Part shown: piece by piece, positions 50,277 to 64,000 of the stretch
How the letters are laid out: every line of letters begins with the position of its first letter
Numbering within the stretch: position 1 is the first letter of the stretch
Assembly (NCBI RefSeq): GCF_009914755.1
Contig: NC_060926.1
Strand: one strand, 5' to 3'
Source of the DNA: the human T2T-CHM13v2.0 reference genome, Homo sapiens
Length of the DNA: 64,000 bases
Notes under the pieces: model-generated
What the model saw: only the letters and a program-made list of their open reading frames with translations
The model's database searches: none
What the model was told of the DNA's origin: nothing
Position numbers and translations under genes: made by a program

Positions 50277-51364
50277 GTCTCTCTCTTTTTTTTTTTTTTT
50301 TAAGGATCTACTCCTTTCTTGTGAATCCACAATCCTGACAGCGTGTGCATTCCAGCTGCCACGGAGAAAGTGCTGGGTGCAGGGCCTGGGTTCAGATATA
50401 GAGTATTGGCCACCTCCAGGGTCCCCACTCCCTCAATACCCCTTTGGATGGGGCACCATGCCTGGAGGTGGGAGAGTGAGAGACAGGGAGGTGAGAGGGC
50501 TGGATAGCCCTCCTGGCTCTTGCCTTCTAGCAGGGGCAGCCACAGCCCTACCATGGCTGAGGGGAGCCAGCGCTCTCTGCTCTGGGAAGGGACTGCTTCC
50601 TGCCAGGTTCCCCTCTGAGAAGTGCACTTCCAAACCAAGTCCACAGGTGCCCCGAAAGAGACTATCCATGCAAGGGAGAAACAAGAAAGAGGATCTTTCC
50701 ATTTCCGCTCCTCCCAGGTGGTGAGGATGTTCCAAGGCCAGCAGAAAATTTGTATTCCCCTCTGCAATGTCGGAAGCTCTGTGTCTTGCTATCTGCAATG
50801 ATTTTGAGCTCTGTGAACAGAACATTTTCCTGCAAAGGGTGGGGAGCTCCTGACCCTCTGTACCCCTTTGCATCAAAGGGGACCGTCCCCTGATTCATGT
50901 GTGACTCGGGCCACCCAGTTCCATGTCCACAGACGGCATTCTGGTCACTTCCTTGCGTCGTTGTCTACGTGGAGTTCCTATCACTGCAACTTCCTTTATA
51001 ATGAGTGAGATATCCTGGACGAAAGCATTGTGTGATCACGCTGCTGGGTGGCAGGTTTATTGATGTATTTCACCAACAGAAACCTTAGGATGGGATGCAC
51101 TGGTCCAGCTGGTCATTTGGCTGGTGGTTGTGAAGATCCTGCCCCAGGGCTACCCCAGCACTTGGCCCTTTCAAGAACGGCTCGATTAGGACAGTGTTCC
51201 TGCCTCAGTCTTTGCTAAAGTGGCCGCCTCCTATGCATCTTTCATCACTCGTCTCAGGTGGCTGATTCTTCAGAAGCCTTTGTCCCTCCTGCTGACACTG
51301 CAACATATCTGTCCTCAGCACGACTTGGTGCTCAATTCAAACGTCTATGTCAGCACGCGAGTCC

Positions 51365-51665
51365 TGTGCTAGCTTCCTTGGACTGCTGTACTAAAATACT
51401 ACAACTTGATGGCTTAAAGCAACAGACACTTGTTCTCTGCAGTTCTGCAGGCCAGAGCCCACAGTCAAGGTGTTGGCCGCACTCCCTCTGCAGACTCTAG
51501 GGGAGACTCCACTCCCTGTCTCTTCCAGCTGTGGGGGCTCCTGGCATTCCTTGGCTTGGGGCTGCACCTGCAATCTGCCTCATCTTCCTGGCCATCCCTG
51601 CTGTGTCTATGTGCTGTTATAAACTCTCTTTTAAGGATTTAGGGCCACCCTAATACAGGATGATA
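51365..51665 (-). mobile_element. MaLR LTR fragment (MLT1C-like)
   Basis: GGCTTAAAGCAACAGA; CTCTAGGGGAGA..CTCTTCCAGCT; GGCATTCCTTGGCTTG; GGATTTAGGGCCACCCTAAT. Confidence 0.82.
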
Positions 51666-52122
51666 GGAGAAAGAAATCAGCTCAAACACCTCTCCACCGA
51701 GGGTGGCTGGGCTTCATCATCCCATCAGAAAAGAAGCAGGCACCTTTTCACCCAGTCGCCAGACCTTGTGTTTCTTTCTGGTGAGATTTGTACATGTTCT
51801 TTGAGCACATTTGGTGACACAGATCACCATCCAGAGATCCCCAGCCCTGTCCATGTCGGCACGGCTGGTCTCTTCCCTGGGATGGCTCCTGCCCTGGATC
51901 CACTCTAGTTCACGCTGTGCTTGATGCAGAAACCCACTCACGCCAGCTGTGCTGCCTCAGCATCTCCCAGGAGGAGACGGACACATCCCAGGGGGCCTGC
52001 AGAAGGCCAGGCCTCAGGAATGACAGGCCAGACATCGGAACACCTTTCACAGGCTCTCTCTGGACAGACTGGCGCTTGGCTTGGGAAGGGAAAAGAGGCC
52101 ATCGATACCTCCTGGCCTTTTT

Positions 52123-52345
52123 TTTTCTTTTCTTTTCTTTTTTTGAGACAGAGTTTCACTCTTGTTGCCCAGGCTGGAGTGCAGTGGCACAATCTCGGCT
52201 CACTGCAAACCTCTGCCTCCCGGGTTCAAGCGATTCTCCTGCCTCAGCCTCCTGAATAGCTGGGATTACAGGCATGCTCCACCATACCCGGCTAATTTTT
52301 TTGTATTTTTAGTAGAGACTGGGTTTCTCCATGTTGGTCAGGCTG
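52123..52345 (-). mobile_element. 5'-truncated Alu (AluSp/Sq-like)
   Basis: GAGTTTCACTCTTGTTGCCCAGG; stops within the left arm; TSD CCTCCTGGCCTTTTT at 52108-52122 and 52346-52360. Confidence 0.95.
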
Positions 52346-53539
52346 CCTCCTGGCCTTTTTAACTGTAAAGCTCTTAACGCTGACGAGGCTTGGGATCTCT
52401 TAGATCCAAACTGAAAAAATTCTGAGAGGTTTGCTGGCCTGGCTTGGGCCAAGTGTCCACCTCCTGGGGAACCAGCTGTGGCTGGGGGGCTGGAACCTGT
52501 CCTTCAATATCATGGGGATAAAAGGGGTGGGGAATGGGATGCTGTGGGGGCTGGGGCCTGGGGTGGACAGCACCGCGTACGCTTGCTCCTGGAGATGGCC
52601 ACTTGGGCAGAGCTCCCTTCCTGGGGACAGAGAAGCCCACAGGCCATTCAATGCTAGTTAAAGTGTCAGGACTTGACAAGAGGCTTAGTATGAAGGAGAA
52701 CACTTTCAGGGGACCAAGTCAGAGATAAGTCTGCAACCACAGCAATGGCCCTTTAGAAAGCATTTAAGAGGCCCGGTGCTTTTTGAGCTGCTTTGATGAC
52801 GTGGCAATGGCTGGAGGGGAAAAGCAGCGGCACAGCTGCCTGCCATTGGCCTGGTCTTTTTCACTGTGCTCAGTGTTGTCATCACGAAGCCTCTCATGCA
52901 GTGCGATGTCAGGATGGGCCCATGAGCGGGTGGAAGGCATGTGGGGGCCATGTTGCCAGCTGCGGATGGACAGGCTTCTGATGTCAGGCTGTGACAGCAC
53001 TGTCATCTCCCAAGAATCCAGCATCCGTCTGCATGGATTGCATGCCATCCTTGAATCCACTCACTTGCCCAGCCCCTGAACCAACTGATGAATGTGGTGA
53101 AGTCTTCCCTTCGTCACCCCAGGTGCAGCCACAGCCTCTGCAGCCACCCTGGGGGAGAGACAGCTCCAGGTAAGCGCACCCGCCCCTGGTTACATGAATA
53201 TCCGTGGTTGCGTTTCATAAATCTGGACTTTGGTGATGGGGGTGGTGAGGGGTGGAGTGGGGGTGATAAGGGGCAGAGGGGGGAGAATTGGTTCAAATTT
53301 ATTTTTTTGCAATTTATGATGTTGTAGATCTACGTTCTATTGTATCAACAAATGAAGAAGATGGAATGTTCACTTCAACACTTTTCTTATTGTAGATGAA
53401 ATATTTGCTCATGGAAATCATTTAGGAAATATAAAAACATGTAAAAAAGAAAATGAAAATCACTTGTAAAATCACAGTTAATCACTGTTAACATTCCAAT
53501 GCATTTTCTCGGAGGTTTTATTCTTTATAGCATGGTTTA

Positions 53540-53890
53540 GAGCCATTTCTCAAAGCTGAAGGAACATATGCATCATCTGGGGATCTTGAGAAAATTCAGG
53601 CTCTGATTCAGAAGGTGCGAGTGGGGCAGGGTCTGGTGCTGATGCTCGGGTCCTGGAACCGCACGTTTGAATATGGAGGGTTAGAGCTGGGACTTGGGCT
53701 GCAAATGCCACTTTTACCAGGCAAGAGTGCTGACAGCAGATTATTTGACCTCTCTGAGCCTCAGTGTTCTCATATAAAATGGGGATAGTATCTACCTGTA
53801 GAAAGTTTGAAAAGAACAAATGAGGTAAACTAAGCTGAGTTTTGCCTGTTAACCTGGCATATAATGAGTGTTCCATACATTGTAACTACA
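53540..53890. mobile_element. MER5A-like fragment (53540-53680) followed by MIR (53680-53890)
   Basis: ATCATCTGGGGATCTTG..CTGATTCAG; CTCTCTGAGCCTCAGTGTTCTCATATAAAATGGGGATA. Confidence 0.72.
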
Positions 53891-56800
53891 TTAAAATGAG
53901 CCAATTTTTCATCAGGACAATGAAGTTTGTGTATAGGGCTTAATATCCGGCTTACTTTCTCTTGACGTCATATAGTGAGCATTTTTCCAATATTAAAAAT
54001 TCTCTGAAAACATAATTTTAATAGCTGTATTTTAACAACTCCCACTGTGCAGATAGGTCATAATTTATTTGAGCATTTAAGATGTGGAAATAGTTGCTTT
54101 TTTGTGTATTTTTAATAATCTAGTGAAATCCTGTTAACATAGTAGATATTTTATGAGAGTTACTGGTTAAAAATGTGTATTATACTTTCCTTTTCTGGAA
54201 AACGAGGGTTACAGGCATTTTTAGAAACAACAGCTGTAGCAACTTACAGACTCTCAGGCAGGGATTTTTTTTTTTTTTTTTTTTTAAGTTCTGAGGGTTT
54301 CTAACATCCTAAGGGCTCTTGACAAAAGTTAAAGAAAAACGGTTATATTACTCTTCCTCAAAGAACACTGCAACACAAAACCAACAAACAAAATCATTAT
54401 ACTTCTAACTACAGTGAGTAAAATTAGAGATCTTCAGACAAAGATGTTTCATGCCTTTGCTCCCAGTGATTGAGAAGATAACTATAGAGAAGAAAGTGAG
54501 CAAATGTGGGAATAATCCCTGACATTTTACAAAAGAATTGCAAACACTTTATGATCCTTTTGTACTTTAAGAGGTATTATTTTTGTCTATTTCATAGGCA
54601 CTAACCCATTTCAAAGACATTTCATAGACACGTTATGGAATTTATGTGAACCTTTGGAATGATGTTCATTTGGAATCCTTCGTAGGCATTTTCCAAGGTT
54701 CCCATCTGAGTGGGCTCCTGGAAGCCTGCTGTGAACCAGGGCTGTGTGCGTGGTTATCCCCACAGTGGGAAGCCGGAGCTGGGTCCAGGCCGGGGTTGTG
54801 ACCACTAAGGTGGGCTGCATGGCAAGGTATCCACCTTCGATGGAGCAGTTTTCATAAGACTAGGGGGTGCTTCGTTGGCAGCAGCTTTTGCCTATGGCAC
54901 AGGATAAAGGTTAATTGTTTTACTATCTTTATCAAGGATTTTGAAGTGTGGTGAGCGTGAGGGACTACGTAACCAGAGTAGGGCGATGGCCTGTGGCCTC
55001 CATTCCCTTTGCCTCATAAGGGCAAGTGTAGCTGCGTGGCACTCAAACCTCTGAAAACGTTCTACTGAGATCCAGACCTTGCAGATGTGAATTAGACATT
55101 CACAAAAAGCCTCTGGTGAGAAGCTGTTATTCCCACCAAATTCTATTATTCTCTGGCTAGTAGACCCCAAAGTTCTCTCCCCAGAAAAGTGTGCAAACTA
55201 CAGCTGAACCTTTTAAGTATCGTGGTCTACTCTTCCCCTGAGACCTGTCTCTCCATCATCCACCAGCCACTGGCTCTAGAAACACAGGCCTCTGGTTAAA
55301 CCCTGTGTCTGCCCCACTGGAACCACTCTGCCAGGTCACCTCTCCTGGGATTTGTCATGGACTGAGCTCTATGCTTTTGGTTTTTCCTTGTGGGAATCAT
55401 AAGAAAACCATGAGTCATGCCCGGTGTCTCTTGGCATATTTCTTTCTAGATTCCCGCAAGGAGCAAAGAGATTTTTGACTTTGTCTTCTTTTATTGACAT
55501 TGAGGAGAAGCTTCTGACTCAGGCGAGCCTCACAATAAGCTGTTTTTCAACTTCAGTAGACCCGGTATGTGTTCATCTGCTCTGATACTGTTTTTTTTTT
55601 GTTTTTTTTTTTTTTAAATCAGTAATCATGTTTATCCTGGGCAGCGTTGCCAGGACAAATATTATTTCATTGGTTTTAACATCTGTTCACATGAAATCTG
55701 ATATTCAAATTCACCCCGGCCTGTTCCCTGATAGTGAATATACGTTAATGTGCCCCAGGGGCAGCTCACACCCAGCGTCTGTAACCAGCACCAGTTGTTT
55801 TCACCTTTGGGGGATGTGTGCATTTCTTTTTTTATTTTCTGAAGTAATGCATGTTCATTTTAACACATTTAAATGAGACCAAAATAAAGTTACAAAGGCG
55901 TGCTTCCCCACCTTTCCTTTCTTCTCCTCCTCAGCAGGACCTGCTAAGGTGAGGTGTTCTGGAAGGGTCTCTGCTCCTAGCAGTCACTGGCAGCTTGCCC
56001 AAATTGGAGAAGTTTAACATCTCTTTTCTCTGAGAAGTAAAATGTGTTTCTTTGGTGGATGTGAAACCAACAAACCACTGTGGTGCCTCTCTACATCTGA
56101 AGGATGAGCCAGCCAAGCCAGGGGAACTGACGACCCCACACACGTCTGCACTGCTGTGGCTGTGTTGAACACGGACTCCTTCTTCAGGGCAGCCTTGGGC
56201 CATCGGAGGGCTGCTGTATGCAGTGACGGCCACCAAGTGTCCTTGGCCAGGGGAGTGATTTACAGGGACTGAGATCCTGACTTGTGACCCAGACACGAAT
56301 GCATCCTTGTTCCATTTTGTTATTGCTCAACCGTCATCTGGCCATCCCCAAAGCCCACCTCTGTGAGAAAGGCCAGTGCTTGTCCTCGTGACACCCCTGA
56401 GACCTCGATGGAGCAAGTCCCAGGTAAGAAGGATCCAGGTCACTAACACACAGGGACACTTTGCTCCTGGACCTGCTGGCTGTCCCTCTAGTCATGGAAG
56501 GGTTTATGCTCACAGCAGTCCGAGACTGGAAATGTTCTTCCGTAGAGTGGGAAGTCACTTCATCCACTCAAGCTGCTGGAGGTAACTATAAGGGGCCAGG
56601 TTTTAAGGAGCTTGGCTTAAGAGCACCTTTAAAAATTATGAGTGGAAAACATGTCATGCCTAAATGAGCTGCTGGTGTCTGCCTCCATTCATGCAGAAGC
56701 TGGTCTGTGACCTTACACACATCTTCTTTTTTAGGAATTACTGTGAAGTCCAAATGGGCCCCAAAGCTGCCTGCCCCTAAGAAGGCCTTCTTATATTTAC

Positions 56801-57299
56801 CCAGAGGTCTGTGCCTTGATTGAAAGGATAATATGAGGCAAAGGGAAGAAGCTGAAAATTTATTGGATGTTTTTAAGGAATTTATTTTATTTTAAAAATG
56901 TTTAATTGTGCTAAAATACATATGAAATATATCATCCTAATCGTTTTAAGAGTACATTTCAGTAGTAAGTACATTCACATTTTTGTGCAATTTTCGTCAA
57001 CATCTCAAGAAGTTTTTCATCTCCCCCAACTGACACTCTGTCCGCACTAAACGCTAACTTCCTACTCCCCTCTCCCTCCCCTAGTAACCACCATCCTACT
57101 TTCTGTCTCTATTTTCTGTCTCTATCACTTTGACTGCTCTAGGGACCTCCTATAAGTGGAATCATACAGTATTTGCTTTCTGTGTCTGGCTTATTTTACT
57201 TAGCACGTCTTCAAGGTTCATCCATGTCAGAGCATGTATCAGCCTCTTCTTCTTTTTAAAGGCTGAATGATATTCCATTGTATGGATAGACCACATTTT

Positions 57300-57600
<301 letters not shown>

Positions 57601-57986
57601 AGACCACATTTTGTTTATCCAGCCATCCACTGAGGGGCATTTGGGTTGCTTCCGTGTTTTAGCCATTGTGCGTGCTGCCGCTATGAATATTTGTGTATGA
57701 ATATCTGTTGAAGTCTCTGCTTTCATTTCTTTTGGGTATAAATCCAGATGTGGAATTGCTGGATCGTATGATAATTATATGTTTAATATTTTGAGGACCT
57801 ACCATTGTTTTTTCACAGTGGCTGCACCATTTTATGTTCTCACCAGGAGTGTACACAAGAGTTCCAATTTCTCCACATTCTTGTCAACTCTTATTATTTT
57901 CTGTTTTTGATAGTAGCCATCCAAAAGGGTGTGAGGTTATATCTCACTGTGGTTTTCATTTGTTCTTCCCTAATGATTTATGATGT

Positions 57987-58557
57987 TGTATTAGTCAGGG
58001 TTCTTTAGAGGGACGGGACTAATAGGATAGATGTATATATGAAAGGGAGTTTATTAAGGAGTATTGACTCACATGATCACAAGGTGAAGTCCCACAATAG
58101 GCTTCACCAATAGGCCGTCTGCATCAAATGGCCATCTGCAATCTGAGGAGCAAGGAAGCCAGTCCAAGTCCCAAAACCTCAAAAGTATGGAAGCTGACAG
58201 TGCAGCCTTCAGTCTGTGACCAAAGGCCCGAAAGCCCCTGGCAAACCACTGGTGTAAGTCCAAGAGTCCAAAGAACTTGGAGTCTGATATTCGAGGGCAG
58301 GAAGCTTCCAGCATAGGAGAAAGATAAAGGCCAGAAGACTCAGCCAGTTTAGTCCTTCCACATTCTTCTGCCTGCTTTATTCTAGCTGCATGGGCAGCTG
58401 ATTAGATTGTGCTCACCCATACTGAGGTGGGTCTGCCTCTCCCAGTCCACTGATTCAAATGTTAATCTCCTTTGGCAATACCCTCACAGACACACCCAGG
58501 AACAATACTTTGCATCCTTCAATCCAATCAAGTTGACACTCAATATTAACCATCACA
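57987..58557 (-). mobile_element. Solo ERVL LTR, MLT2A-like
   Basis: Minus strand begins TGTGATGGTTAATATTGAGTGTCAACTTGATTGGATTGAAGG and ends AACCCTGACTAATACA; 5-bp TSD GATGT at 57982-57986 and 58558-58562. Confidence 0.93.
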
Positions 58558-59307
58558 GATGTTGAGCATCTTTTCATGTGGTTATTGGCCATTTATATAT
58601 CTTCTTTAGAGAAATGTCTATTCAAGTCCTTTGCCCATTTTTTGTTGTTGTTGAGTCATAACAGTTGCTTATATATTCTGGATATTAAACCCATATCAGA
58701 TATGGAATTTGCAAGTATTTTTTCCCATTCTGCAGGTTGTCTTTCCACTCTGTTGACTGTGTCCTTTGACATGCAGCAGTTTTAAATTTTGATATAGTCC
58801 AATTTGCCTATTTCTTCTTTTAGGGCCCATCATACATTTTTAAAGAAAATCTTCTTTTGGTGAGAAGATCAAAGGGCCAGGCAGAAATGGAAAAGCACTT
58901 TCTGGCATCAGACTTCCTCTGACTTCTCCGGTTGCCACACCACTGAAAGACTGCCCCACAGTGCGAGGGACGTCCACATCTGCCTGGCTCTCCGAGGGAT
59001 GAACAGCCTTCAGTTCAGCTTCCTGTCACACCCCAAAATCCACCAGGGCTCTGCAGTCATAGAGCCCTGGAACCCAGAGGTGGAAACTTAAAGGAATGAG
59101 TGCTCTCTCGCTCCAAAACCACAGATATCTGGTCCATAGAGAACCCACCACACTTGTATACATTTTCATACGTCTGCGCACATACACAAATGCACAAACA
59201 CATGTTCAGCTGTTGATAATCATCTGATCTTTTGCTCTTTCGATGTAAATATGGCCAGATATCTCTGGCTTTAATTCTCATTAAAATTTTGAAAGTTATA
59301 CTTTCTA

Positions 59308-59858
<551 letters not shown>

Positions 59859-60442
59859 ATATACATATTATGTATATTATATATTTCTGTGAAAACAGAA
59901 TAAATCCAAGACTGAGGATCTAATTCCAAAATTCATTTTTGTAGGCATTCTGAGACTTAACTATTTTTCTAGTCACATAATAAGGAAAGGATCCTTACAG
60001 AAATACTGAAAGCTCTTGGTTCTGCCTTTGCTGATGTTTTCTCTTTTCTCTATTCCCTCTCCCTTCACACTCGTCCTCATTCTACAGCCTCAAGCTTGTG
60101 TCATTGTTCACATCTGCTTCCCCATCTCTGGAGTCTCTGTCAAGGCTCACCCTGGATTTGAGGTAGGTTAAGTAGCCAATGAGCCCAGCTGGTCCACAGA
60201 CACCAAAATTGTGTGTCCTGGATGAAGTCAGCATCTTTCCCTCGCCCTGTGCCTTTCTTGTCTGTTGGTTCCTATTTCTGTTCCTACTCACAATCTACCT
60301 CTGGGGATATCACCTGTCTTTGTTTTCCAGAGTCACCTCTGCCAGCCCAAAAGCTGCTGCTTCTAGAAAGTCACTACCATTTCTAAAAAGTTCCTTGCAT
60401 CTGGTCCCCCCTCATCACCATCCCCAGCACCTCATCATTGCT

Positions 60443-61091
60443 GAACCACAGCCCATAGCAATCTCTTTAGTCAAGGTTGTGCTTCACCTTCCTTCTTTGA
60501 ATCAATGCTCTTTGAAACAATATCCCTAGGAGTTACTTTCTTCGTGACCTCTTCCCTAGAGGACGGCCTCCTTGTCTGCCTGCGCCTGGCTTCCCTCCCA
60601 CCCCTACCTTTTCCACCATCATAATCACTGCCACTACCTCACTGAGATCCTGGCGTGCAGCTCTAATTTTATCTCTGACCTGCAGAAGGTGTGTGAGAAT
60701 GGACTGAGATGACCTGAGCACGGGTGAAAGGTCCGCATCAAACCCAGAAAGTCAGCCGAGATCCAGGGGCGGGTTCTCATCCTACGGCCTCTCTACATTC
60801 GTTTCTGAGACACAAAAGGACTTCACAGTGAATGTTCAAGCAAATTAGAGCACAAAAACAAAAGGGTTGTGGGCAAGCAACTGCGAAGACCACAGCTGTG
60901 TTTTGGTAAATTCCCGGGCGAGGAGGATATGCCGGGTGAGTGAGGGAGGCCAGAGAGCGACAGAGTTCTTGGGTTAACTGGAAAATTCAATTATCCAGAA
61001 CCACAGTCCATCAGCAATCTGTTTAGTCAAGGTTTTGCTTCACCTTCCTTCTTTGAATCAATGCTCTTTGAAACAATATCCCCAGGAGTTA
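60443..61091 (+). repeat. Non-tandem direct repeat, 93/94 bp (60443-60535 and 60998-61091)
   Basis: Both copies contain TTTAGTCAAGGTT.TGCTTCACCTTCCTTCTTTGAATCAATGCTCTTTGAAACAATATCCC. Confidence 0.95.
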
Positions 61092-62369
61092 TTCGCTATA
61101 GAGTAGAAGCACAGATTTTGTCTATTTAGCAAAATAGGAGACGAAATGGAATGCTGCTGGGCTAATTGCTTTGCAAGGAAGAAGAGAGGCAATACTTCAG
61201 CACTTTAACCAGATTCCCTACTTTTGCTTTTTCCATTTGATCAATTTACATGTGTACTGCAAGAAATTGTGTTATAAGAAAGCTGAGCCATTCTGGTGTT
61301 CACTAAGGAATGTAGCTTTGATTAGTCCTTGTGTTAAAACAAACATAAAGTGTACGGGCTGCCACAGAAATACTTAAGTAGAAGGAGCTCTTTGTGGGAC
61401 AGTAACATTTCTGTCAGTTCCCATGTCTGTTACATTATTGATTCCATCATTTTCTAGGAGCTCCAAAGAAATTGTTTTCTGAAATCCATGTGGCTTTAGG
61501 ATTCTGAGTACAAATATGCTTTATTTTATAAGAAGTGAATTAATTCATGCAGCTCTCTAAAGCCACTAGTCAGGAGTAGAAACCATTGCCAGTAAGAACA
61601 AAAATACTAAAGAGAAGCAGAAATCCTACGCACATGCCCTTTGTAACTGATGTAATTGGTTTTTAAAGTGATGTAATTTAAAAAATACTGGAATGTTTTG
61701 CAATGACTCATACCTTAAGCCACATGGTCGGCATCCGTGAATGCTTGGCCACAGGTATCGTTGACAAATCCTTTGACCCTGTCATTCTGAAACCCATGCT
61801 GTCAGAGCCATAGTTTCCATCAAGAAATCTGGCCAACGGGATCCATATTTCCAGATAGTGTCCACATCATCCATCTATTCACACTCTCACTCAAAAAATA
61901 TATCCTGAACTGTTATTATGGACAAAGCGCCAAAAATGGTGGTTTTTATCTTTTCTTTTTTTTTTTTCTTTCGGAAATGTGGTAATTAAGTCAAGTGTCA
62001 AAACAAATGCAACTGCTTGGCAAAAAAAAAAAAAATTGGCACTATTTCCTCTGAAGAAACAGACTCTATGCATGGGAATTGCTGAAAATGGGGCAAAAAG
62101 TCCCCTTGTACACTCTGCAGACTGCCCCCCTCCCCTGCAATCTAACCCTCTCATCTCTTGCCTCTGCTCTTGCAGCAGTTTCTAGACTCCCCTCCCAGTG
62201 TCCACTCTGCCCTCATCATCGTCATCCATAGAGCAGTGGCAGGGATTTTCACGTGGATCCCCACACCATTGCCCTGAGCAGCATGGGGTGTGGGTGCCCC
62301 AGGACACTTGACTCTGCTCAGCCCGGCCCCCACCCATCTCCCGCTGTTCACTCTGTTTGTTCTCCTTGG

Positions 62370-62705
62370 AATAAGACAAGATCATTTTTGCCTCTGGAAC
62401 ATTGCACTTGGCTGCTTCCTCTTTCTGGACTCCTTTCTGGGATATTTGCAAGGCCTCCGTTCATCCCACAGAGGGTCTGCCTCTGACCATCCCATCTCAA
62501 ATAGCTGCTTCCCACCCACTCACAGTGGCTGACTCACACCACCTGGTATGATTGTCTTTATCAAAATGATCAGCCATCGATTTGTTTTGTACCTGAACAT
62601 GTTTGCTGGTTTATTTCCTCCCTCTTGTTTCTTTTGTTCACCTCTATATCCCCCGTGGTTCTGTATGCTCATCACGCAGTAGGTGTTCAGTAAACACTTG
62701 CTAAG
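62370..62705 (+). mobile_element. L2 3' fragment
   Basis: CATTGCACTTGGCTG..CTGGA; GCAGTAGGTGTTCAGTAAACACTTGCT tail. Confidence 0.65.
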
Positions 62706-63486
<781 letters not shown>

Positions 63487-63504
63487 TAAGAAAAGACATG
63501 CATG

Positions 63505-64000
63505 AGTGTGATTGCTTAAGAATACATCCACAACCTCTTTGCTTTTCCTCCCTTCAAGAGATGGAGCTTAATTCCTTTCCGTTTGATTGTGGGCTGGACT
63601 TAGCAAATTGTTTCTAACAAAGGAAGATGACATAAGTGAAGGTTTGTAACTTCGAGACTGGGTCGTAAGAGGCATCCTGACTTCCTCCTTGCTCTCTCTT
63701 GGATCACTGGCTCTGGGGGAATCCGCTGCCGTGGTGTGAGGATGCTCCGGCAGCTCTATAGAGGACCCACGTGGCAAGGACTGAGGCTTCCTGCTAGCAG
63801 CCATGTGAGTGAGCCATGGTCTAGGAAGTGGACTCCCCACCTCGATCAAGCGTTTGGAGGACTGTAGCCCAGATGGCTACAAGTTGTCTGTAACTTCAAG
63901 AGAGACCCTGAGCTAGAAGCACCCAGCCAATCTACTCCTAAATTCCTGTCCCACAGGAAAGGTAACATAATAGATATATTCATTGTTTTAAGCCACATTT
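63505..64000 (+). mobile_element. MaLR LTR (MLT1F-like), runs to the window end
   Basis: CCTCCCTTCAAGAGATGGAG; TGTGGGCTGGACTTAG; CCACGTGGCAAGGACTGAGG; GAGAGACCCTGAGCTAGAA. Confidence 0.85.

Overview
This is primate genomic DNA, probably human or hominoid, judged from AluY-like, L1M, MLT and MER elements. It is dominated by interspersed repeats and has no intact protein-coding gene, RNA gene, CpG island or CRISPR array. The long ORFs in the track come from Alu, L1 or tandem repeats, or are chance ORFs. The main non-repeat signal is a chain of about 13 AG/GT-bounded exon remnants on the + strand at 3201-19189. Their hand translation contains stops and frameshifts but resembles Ig-like domains, then a calpain domain III (CBSW)-like domain, then a calpain-5/6-like C2 domain, ending in an intact terminal exon. 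I read this as a decayed, unprocessed (possibly unitary) pseudogene with an Ig-CBSW-C2 architecture that I cannot name. This is an inference from manual alignment and needs a database search. Secondary findings are an AP-1-motif VNTR, a solo MLT2A LTR with DUX4-like motifs and a splice donor, candidate antisense exons, a templated-insertion scar and a 93-bp local duplication. Repeat subfamily names and the boundaries of old repeats are approximate.
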